From an uncultured Gemmatimonadales bacterium (lineage in GTDB: Bacteria > Gemmatimonadota > Gemmatimonadetes > Gemmatimonadales > GWC2-71-9), in contig CAVSQW010000009.1 of assembly GCA_963730185.1 (NCBI GenBank), forward strand, positions 320,001-384,000: 64,000 bases of DNA, written 5' to 3'. Below the pieces are notes generated by a model. The model worked only from the letters and a program-made list of their open reading frames with translations, was not told the origin of the DNA and searched no databases. Positions 56,912-64,000 of this stretch are shown here, piece after piece; position 1 is the first letter of the stretch, and every line of letters starts with the position of its first letter. The position numbers and the translations under genes are program-made.

Positions 56912-57493
56912 CTAGAAGGCGAGCCCGACCAGGATCAGGAACGAACGGGTCTTGTAGCTGTCGGAGCTGGTCAGGGTGCCCAGCTTGAGGTCGGTCAAGC
57001 CGTAGACGTAGCGGCCCTCGACCGTGAACGCGGTCAGGCCGCCGAAGCGGACCCCGCCGCCGATGACGCCGGAGTAGGTCGTCTTCTTTCGGTTCCCGTC
57101 GGCGCAGTCGGCGGGCCCGGCCTTACAGCTGATCTCGAATGACGCCTGGGGGCCGGCATAGGCGAACGGCTTGATCCCCGGGGTGGGGATCGTCACCCGA
57201 AGGTAGACCGGCACGTCGACGTAGTTGAGCTTGATCTCGTCGGTGGCGACGTCACTCTTGAGGCCGCGCTGCGCGAAGAGCCCTTCGATCCCGAGCCCGA
57301 TGAGGCCCTTGGTAGCCAGCGCGGCGCCGGCGGCGAACCCGGTCCGGCTCTTCAGGTTGCCGGGGAGCAGGCCCTTGTTCGAGACGTCGCCGAAGGAGGC
57401 GCCTCCCTTGACGCCGACTTCGACGCCGGCTTGCGCGGCGAGCGGCGTGGCAAGAGCGAGCAGCAGAGCGGCAGCGAGCGATGGCAAACGCAT
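56912..57493 (-). CDS. outer-membrane beta-barrel protein (PorT-like)
   Basis: Signal peptide, GVKGG, alternating beta strands, EGRYVYGL, C-terminal Phe. Confidence 0.8.
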   Translation of the reverse strand: MRLPSLAAALLLALATPLAAQAGVEVGVKGGASFGDVSNKGLLPGNLKSRTGFAAGAALATKGLIGLGIEGLFAQRGLKSDVATDEIKLNYVDVPVYLRVTIPTPGIKPFAYAGPQASFEISCKAGPADCADGNRKKTTYSGVIGGGVRFGGLTAFTVEGRYVYGLTDLKLGTLTSSDSYKTRSFLILVGLAF

Positions 57494-57581
57494 GACCGGC
57501 GGTCCTTTCGAGGTAGTGGCTTCGGGGCAGACGCCGCCGGTGGCGAATCTCCGCCACCGGCGGCGCCGGCCGCTTGACTAC

Positions 57582-57716
57582 CTAGGAGACGTGGATCGGG
57601 CCTTCGAGGCGCACGACGATGTCAATCCACGAACGCCGGGAGGGCGGTGGGTGCTCGGCGTAGCGGGCGACGATGGTCTGGTCGAGTGTCGGTTGATGAA
57701 GCTCGGGGATCGTCAT
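57582..57716 (-). CDS. possible 44-aa small protein
   Basis: ATG 5 nt after the upstream stop; SD-like GGTGATC; mostly GC-ending codons; MTIPELHQPTLDQTIVARYAEHPPPSRRSWIDIVVRLEGPIHVS. Confidence 0.3.
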   Translation of the reverse strand: MTIPELHQPTLDQTIVARYAEHPPPSRRSWIDIVVRLEGPIHVS

Positions 57717-57721
57717 CTGGA

Positions 57722-58420
57722 TCACCCGCTGAAACCGACCGCGATCAGGTGGCCGATCGCGTGCGCCAGCACCAGGTACTCGAAGCCGTCCCGGGCGTAG
57801 AGCCAGCCGAAGGCGAGGCCGGCAAGGCCGTTGCCGGCCACGGCCAGGGCCACGATCCGGGCCGGCTGGCCGACAACCCCGGCGGCGTGGAACGCCACAT
57901 AGGCCAGCGTCGCCACGACGATGCCGAGCGCCACGCTCCGGGTGAGCCGGACGGTCATGCTCATGATCCCGAGGTGGAGGACCAGCTCCAGAGTGACCGC
58001 GGCGAACCCGGCCGAGAGGGCCCGGACCCAAAACGATCCGCCGCCCTGGTCGGCGCCCACCGCGGCGACCAAGGCAAGCCCGACGGCGCCGATGACCAGA
58101 CCGACCCCGAGCGCCCTCAGCAGCGCGGCGGTGGAGCGGGATCGACGGACCTGGGCCGGCTCGGTGGCCGGCGTTGCGGCGGCGCCGTCCTCCAGCTTGC
58201 GGAGGAGCGGCATCGGCAGCCCGGCCTGGTCCGCCCAGCCGAGCCCGAACCAGGTCGCGAGCGCCGCCAATATGGACGAGCCGCCGACGAAGGTGACGAG
58301 CTGAGCGGTCGCGACCGGGGTCGGCGAGGTGGCCTGGAGGTAGGGGAGAAACAGGACCGCTCCGACGAGGCCGAGCCCCGCCAGGATCAGAAATCGCCGC
58401 CGGCGGGGCCGACCGCTCAT
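57722..58420 (-). CDS. CPBP (Abi/CAAX protease-like) membrane protein with degenerate catalytic motifs
   Basis: Polytopic; TLELVLH in place of EExxxR, YVAFH, FGWLY...G.EY..LAHAIGH; ATG 58420 overlaps the upstream stop. Confidence 0.65.
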   Translation of the reverse strand: MSGRPRRRRFLILAGLGLVGAVLFLPYLQATSPTPVATAQLVTFVGGSSILAALATWFGLGWADQAGLPMPLLRKLEDGAAATPATEPAQVRRSRSTAALLRALGVGLVIGAVGLALVAAVGADQGGGSFWVRALSAGFAAVTLELVLHLGIMSMTVRLTRSVALGIVVATLAYVAFHAAGVVGQPARIVALAVAGNGLAGLAFGWLYARDGFEYLVLAHAIGHLIAVGFSG

Positions 58421-59708
58421 CGCCCGGGCGGCGGCGAAAGGGCCACCCCGCCCTTGATGACCCGCTCGATCCGCTCCGCGTTCCGGATGTCGGCCGTCGG
58501 GTCGGCGCCCAGCACCACCAGGTCGGCCAGCTTGCCGCGCTCGATCGTGCCGAGGCTCGCCTCCTGGCCGAGCGCTTTGGCGCCGTCGAGCGTCGCGGCG
58601 GTGATCGCCTGGGCGGGAGTGAAGCCGCAGTGGTCCACCAGGTACTCGAGCTCGGTGAAAAGCGGCGGCAGGCCGTCGGGCCGCATGGTCTCCGGCCCGT
58701 CGGTTCCGGCACTCACCGGGATCCCCAGGTCTCGGGCCTCGACCGTAACCCGGCAGGCCCAGTCGGCGGCCTCGGGCGAGATCCCCTGGACGACCGCCGA
58801 GACGGTGGCGTCCAGGACCGTGCCGCGCGCCTTCATCAGGTCGAGCACTCGCCGGACCGGCTCCCCGTCGGGCGCCACCCGGTCGAACGGACCGACCGGA
58901 CCGAAGTTGGTGTACGGGTCGGTGTGGAACCGGGCCGGCAGGGTCGGCACGCCTTCCCACACCAGGAGCGCGGCGTGCGACACCGCGTCGACCCCCGCCT
59001 CCACGACGTCCGAGGGCCGGACCGGGAAGATGGCCGGGTGGGTCCAGACCCGGAGTCCCTGATCGTGAGCCGCCGTGGTGATCCGCTGCACCAGATCGAG
59101 CGAGAGATCGGAGTAGATCTTGATGGCGGAGACGCCGAGGGCCTTGGCGCCGGCCACGGCGGCGGTGAGGTCGGTGGAATCGGTGACCGCCAGGAACCAC
59201 GGGACCTCACCCGGCGCCTGATCGCCGGTGGATCCGATCGGCCGCTTGTCCACCGCGTAGAAGCTCGGCCCGGCAAAGAAGGCGGAGTAATAAAGCCGGG
59301 CCATCGGGGTGCCGGGATCGCGCGAGCGGGGCGCGACCTGGGCGAAGAGGGCTGCGTCGCCCGCCATGTCCCGTACGGCGGTCACCCCGCCGGCCGCCAG
59401 CTGCCCGAGCCGGGTGACCAGCTGGATCGAGTCGGGCGGAAAGTGCGAGTGGGTGTCGATCAGACCCGGCATGACCCAGCGTCCGGCCAGGTCGAGCCGC
59501 TCCACGCCCGCCGGCGGCCTCTGGTCGCCGGTCGGGCGGACGGCCGCGATCCGGTCGCCTTGAATGGCCACCACCTGATGCTCCCTCGGCGCGGCGCCGG
59601 TGCCGTCGACGACCGTGACGTCCCAGAGCAACAGGTCGGCCGCGGGCGCGGGCCGCTTGGCGCATCCGGCGGCAAGGGCCAGGCCGACCAGGAGCAGGGC
59701 GGAACGGA

Positions 59709-59712
<4 letters not shown>
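58417..59712 (-). CDS. amidohydrolase family lipoprotein (start uncertain: CTG 59712 or ATG 59769)
   Basis: Lipobox [41 protein letters not shown]. Confidence 0.85.
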
Positions 59713-60281
<569 letters not shown>

Positions 60282-60304
60282 GGGAAGGCTCTCTCCATGG
60301 ACGG

Positions 60305-61324
60305 TCAGCGTCCGCGCTGCGAGTAGGCGATGCCATCGGGCCAGGTGCCGACCGGGGCGGTGCCGGTGATCTTGCCGGTCGCGAGATTCACGGCGGCCAC
60401 CTGGTTCCGGCCCTGGAGCGTGACGTAGGCGAAGGCCCCGTCGCGCGAGACCGTGACGCCCTCGGGCGAGGGCGAGCCGGGTACCTCGGCCGTCGCGACG
60501 ATCCCGTCGCGGGGGACGGTGATCAGGTGCTCGAGCCGTCGGGTCCGGGCGTCGAAGATCCGAATCTCGCCCCGCACCGGGTCGGCCACCACCACCCGCC
60601 GGCCGTCGGGCGTCGCCCCCAGGCGATAGGGCATTCCGAACCCGCCGAGCGTGTCGATCGGCTGGCCTCGCTCGGCGTCGACCACCACGACCACGCTGTC
60701 ACCGTTGCTGCCCACCCAGACCTGCTTCCCGTCCGGCGTGATGGTAATCCCTTCGACCGCTTTGGCCACCGGGATGACCCGGCGGGAGACCCGGGCGATG
60801 GGGTCGATCTCCGTGATGCTGCCGTCGGGGATGTTGGTGGTGAAGAGCCGCCGATCGTTCGGTGCCAGGGCGATCATGTGCGAGACGGGGCGCTGGGTCG
60901 GGATCGTGTCGGCCACCTCCCCGGTCGCGAACCGGACCAGCAGCACCACCTTCCGCACTTCGGAGGTGACCGCCAGCAGGCTGTCGCCAGCCAGGAACGA
61001 CATCCCGTGGGGGCGCTGGTACGAGCCGAGATCGATGATCCGGGTGACCCGGGCCTGGTCGACGTCGATGACCGTCAGGGTCTGTCCCGGAGCGCCTCGA
61101 ACCCCGTAGTTGGACACGACCGCCCACCGTCCGTCGTGCGACACCGCGGCCTCGTGCGGTCCGGCGCCGGTCGGCAGGGTCGCCCGGACCGTCATGGTGG
61201 CGGCGTCGACGATCGTGGCCGTCGCGTCGTTCATGTTGGTGACGATGAGGGTGCCGTGCCCGGTCGTCCCGGACGGAGTCAGGAGCACGAGGGCGGCAAG
61301 CGGGACCAGGGCGGTACGACGCAT
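60305..61324 (-). CDS. YncE/YVTN-type beta-propeller protein, exported
   Basis: Signal peptide; repeats GAGPHEAAVSHDGRW, PHGMSF, EGITITPDGKQVWV, PEGVTVSRDG. Confidence 0.85.
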   Translation of the reverse strand: MRRTALVPLAALVLLTPSGTTGHGTLIVTNMNDATATIVDAATMTVRATLPTGAGPHEAAVSHDGRWAVVSNYGVRGAPGQTLTVIDVDQARVTRIIDLGSYQRPHGMSFLAGDSLLAVTSEVRKVVLLVRFATGEVADTIPTQRPVSHMIALAPNDRRLFTTNIPDGSITEIDPIARVSRRVIPVAKAVEGITITPDGKQVWVGSNGDSVVVVVDAERGQPIDTLGGFGMPYRLGATPDGRRVVVADPVRGEIRIFDARTRRLEHLITVPRDGIVATAEVPGSPSPEGVTVSRDGAFAYVTLQGRNQVAAVNLATGKITGTAPVGTWPDGIAYSQRGR

Positions 61325-62226
61325 CAGGGAAGGCTCCGGACGAAGTCGGCGATGCCGTCGAGCAAGGCCGGCATCACGGGCAGGGTGGGATCGGCGTACG
61401 ACGCCAGCTGGGCCGCAGGATCGGCGGGGACGGCTTTGAGCAGGTGGTTCATGCCCGGAACGATCAGCAGCTTCACGTCCGGCCGGGCGCCGGCCAGCAG
61501 GCGAGCGTCGGTCTCGGTGACCTGAATGTCGGTGGTGCCCTGGATCACCAGCATCGGGATCGAGAGCGAGGCGGCGATCGCGACCGAGTCGCGGTTCAGG
61601 AACGAGATCAGATAGGGCTGCACGCTGGGCCGGTAGAGCGGCGCCAGGAGCGGCGGAACCTCGGTTGCGGTCCGGCCCTCCAGGAGACCGTCGATGATCC
61701 GATCGCTCGCGGCCATCAGCTCGGCCGGCAGCTTGGGCGCCAGCTGCTCGCGGAGCACCACGTACCCGGGGCGACCCATCCCGGCGACGGTAATCAGGGC
61801 GTCGGGCGGCTCCTGCTGGGAGGCGAGGAGCCCGATCAAGGCCCCTTCGCTGTGGCCGATCAAGAGGACCCGCCCGAACCGAGGATCGGCCCGGAGCATC
61901 CGGAGCCAGCCGACCGCGTCGTCCACGTAGGTGTCGAGCCGGAGGTCGTCCTCCCGGGTGGCCGCGCCGGCGCTCTCCGCGATCCCCCGCTTGTCGAAGC
62001 GGACGGTGGCGATGCCTCGAGCCGCGAGCCCCTCGGCCAGGAAGCGAAGGCTATGGTTCGGGGCGGCCAGCGCCGGCGTGTTGCCGTTCCGGTCGGTGGG
62101 GCCGGAGCCCGCGTGAATCAGGGCGACCGGCCAGCCGCCCTTGCCGGGTGGCAGCATCGCGGTGCCCAGGATGGCGCCGGTCGGGGTGTCGAGCCGGATC
62201 GGCTCGCTGGTGGTGGTCTCGGCCAT
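61324..62226 (-). CDS. alpha/beta hydrolase (serine aminopeptidase S33-like)
   Basis: AGSGPTDRNGN, RFDKRG, nucleophile GHSEG, QGTTDIQV, GMNHLLK; start ATG at 62226. Confidence 0.88.
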   Translation of the reverse strand: MAETTTSEPIRLDTPTGAILGTAMLPPGKGGWPVALIHAGSGPTDRNGNTPALAAPNHSLRFLAEGLAARGIATVRFDKRGIAESAGAATREDDLRLDTYVDDAVGWLRMLRADPRFGRVLLIGHSEGALIGLLASQQEPPDALITVAGMGRPGYVVLREQLAPKLPAELMAASDRIIDGLLEGRTATEVPPLLAPLYRPSVQPYLISFLNRDSVAIAASLSIPMLVIQGTTDIQVTETDARLLAGARPDVKLLIVPGMNHLLKAVPADPAAQLASYADPTLPVMPALLDGIADFVRSLP

Positions 62227-62307
62227 GGGGAAGCCTCCGGATGGTAAGCTACTCCCCGCCCGGTTCCCGGCCAGGCCACCCGGCCACTCCCGACTACATT
62301 CTTCCTC

Positions 62308-63744
62308 GTGTCCCCCCTGTCGTCCGCCGCCGTCGCTGCCGGCCTCGTCGCGCTTGCCGCCTGCCAGGTCCACGTCGATCGGGGCAACACGGTGATCATG
62401 GCCTCGGGAGCCGACCTCCAGAGCATGAACTCGCTGGTCACGACCCACCCCCTGGCCAAGCAGGTGCAGCGTTACGCTCTCCTCACCACCCTGGTGCGGC
62501 GGGACAGCGCCCTGACCCCGGTACCGTACCTGGCCCGGCGGTGGGCCTGGTCGGCCGACCGGCGAGAGCTCACCCTGTGGCTCTACCCGGACCTCGACTG
62601 GGACGACGGCCAGCCCACCACGGCCGACGACGCGGCCTGGACCCTCGAGGCGGCCCTCGACCCCGCCACCGGGTACCCCCGGCTCAGCGATCTGGCCGCG
62701 CTGGAGGCGGTAATGGCGGACGACGACACCACCCTCACGCTCCGATTCCGGGAGCCGCAGTCCGAGATCCCCGACGTGTTGTCCGACCTGGCCATCCTGC
62801 CCTGGCATCTCCTCCGCGACGTGGCGCCGGCGGAGCTTCGGCGGGCAGCCTGGAACGAGCACCCCGTGGGCAACGGGCCGTTCCGGTTCGTGACCCACGA
62901 GGCCAACCGGCGTTGGGTGTTCGAGGCCAACCCGGATTTTCCTCCGGCCCTCGGCGGGCCGCCCGCCATCGATCGGCTGGTGATCGCCGTCGTGGACGAG
63001 CCGATGACCAAGCTGGCGGCCCTGACCTCCGGGGAGCTCGACTTCGCCGGCATTCAGCCCGCCCACGCGTCGTTCGTGCGAAAGGACCCCGACCTCCGGG
63101 TCCTCGAGTACCCGCTGCTCTTCAGCTACGCGATCGTCTTCAACACCCGGAAGCCACCCTTCGACGACTGGGCCGCCCGGAAGGCGCTCGATCTGGCGAT
63201 CGACCGGCAAAGCATCGTGCAGGGCTACCTGTTCGGTTTTGGCCAAGCGGCCTCGGGTCCGTTGCCGCCGGAGCTGGACTCGACGCCGCCCGCCGCACCG
63301 TTCTACGCGCCCGGCCGCGGCAAGGTGCTGCTCGGCGACGAGCCGCTTCGGTTCGAGCTGCTCACGGTGGGGAGCGGGGAGGCGCCGCTCGAGCAGATGA
63401 TCCAGAGCCAGCTGGCCGCCATCGGGGTGAAGGTGGCGATCCGACCGCTCGAGCTCTCCAGCTTCCTCGACCGGGTCTACGGGCCGCGACACGACTTCGA
63501 GGCCGCCGTGGTGGGGATTTCGGGCGACCTTCAACTGGGATACCTTCGTTCCCTGCTCGACGTGAGTGGTTTGGCGGCGCCGGGCCGGGGGCGCGCGCTC
63601 CTGCCCGTCTATGCAGACTCCCTTCCGGCCGTCTTCCTCTATCATGCGCGTGGAGTGCAGGGCATGAATCGGCGGGTGCGCGGTGTGCGGATGGATCTGC
63701 GGGGCGAGCTGGTGACGCTGCCCCGCTGGACGGTGTCACCGTGA
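62308..63744 (+). CDS. ABC transporter substrate-binding lipoprotein, family 5 (peptide/nickel)
   Basis: Lipobox LAAC; PYLA..W, WDDGQPTTADD, PVGNGPF, ANPDF, RKALDLAIDR. Confidence 0.88.
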   Translation: MSPLSSAAVAAGLVALAACQVHVDRGNTVIMASGADLQSMNSLVTTHPLAKQVQRYALLTTLVRRDSALTPVPYLARRWAWSADRRELTLWLYPDLDWDDGQPTTADDAAWTLEAALDPATGYPRLSDLAALEAVMADDDTTLTLRFREPQSEIPDVLSDLAILPWHLLRDVAPAELRRAAWNEHPVGNGPFRFVTHEANRRWVFEANPDFPPALGGPPAIDRLVIAVVDEPMTKLAALTSGELDFAGIQPAHASFVRKDPDLRVLEYPLLFSYAIVFNTRKPPFDDWAARKALDLAIDRQSIVQGYLFGFGQAASGPLPPELDSTPPAAPFYAPGRGKVLLGDEPLRFELLTVGSGEAPLEQMIQSQLAAIGVKVAIRPLELSSFLDRVYGPRHDFEAAVVGISGDLQLGYLRSLLDVSGLAAPGRGRALLPVYADSLPAVFLYHARGVQGMNRRVRGVRMDLRGELVTLPRWTVSP

Positions 63745-64000
63745 GTCACGCCTCGGCGCCGGTCCGGCTGGACTTCGCGGGCGGGTGGACCGACGTGGCC
63801 CCGTACGCCACCGAGGTCGGCGGCGTGGTGGTGAACGCGGCGATCGAGCTCCGGGCCACCGCCAGCGTCGAGGCGGCCGAGGGGTACGAGCTTCGGTCGG
63901 ACGACCTCGGCCGGGTGCTCCATCCCCGGGAGCCGGGCGACTTCGAGCCGAACGGCGAGCTGGACCTCCTCAAGGCCGCCGTCCGGGTCAGCGGGGTCGG
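63741..64000 (+). CDS. GHMP-family sugar kinase (HddA/fucokinase-like), 5' part only
   Basis: GTG overlaps the upstream TGA; VSHASAPVRLDFAGGWTDVAPYATEVGGVVVNAAI matches the APxRxxxxGGxTD motif. Not in the ORF track. Confidence 0.85.
   Translation, partial: MSHASAPVRLDFAGGWTDVAPYATEVGGVVVNAAIELRATASVEAAEGYELRSDDLGRVLHPREPGDFEPNGELDLLKAAVRVSGV

Overview
A very GC-rich (about 70% by eye), densely coding bacterial segment. Its gene content (VPS10/BNR glycoside hydrolases, a duplicated MacB-type orphan permease, ASPIC/UnbV FG-GAP proteins, many exported hydrolases) resembles Gemmatimonadota or Acidobacteriota; this taxonomy is an inference. I can support about 50 protein-coding genes and saw no rRNA, tRNA, CRISPR array or transposase. 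The strongest hidden signal is an AhpD/CMD-like gene (59709-60281, minus strand) that the ORF track splits in two. It has an in-frame TGA at the second Cys of the CxxC motif (C-F-Y-U-I-D-S-H), followed by a bacterial SECIS-like hairpin, so it is probably a selenoprotein. Other notable items: two adjacent signalling proteins whose four Hpt domains all lack the phospho-acceptor His; a stand-alone AP2-like DNA-binding protein; an UnbV/UnbU module with no enediyne PKS in the window; two divergent genes sharing one CATG; iodotyrosine deiodinase, tyrosine phenol-lyase and haloalkane dehalogenase in the same window; and an acyl-CoA synthetase broken by many indels, probably an assembly artefact. All family calls come from motif recognition, not database searches.
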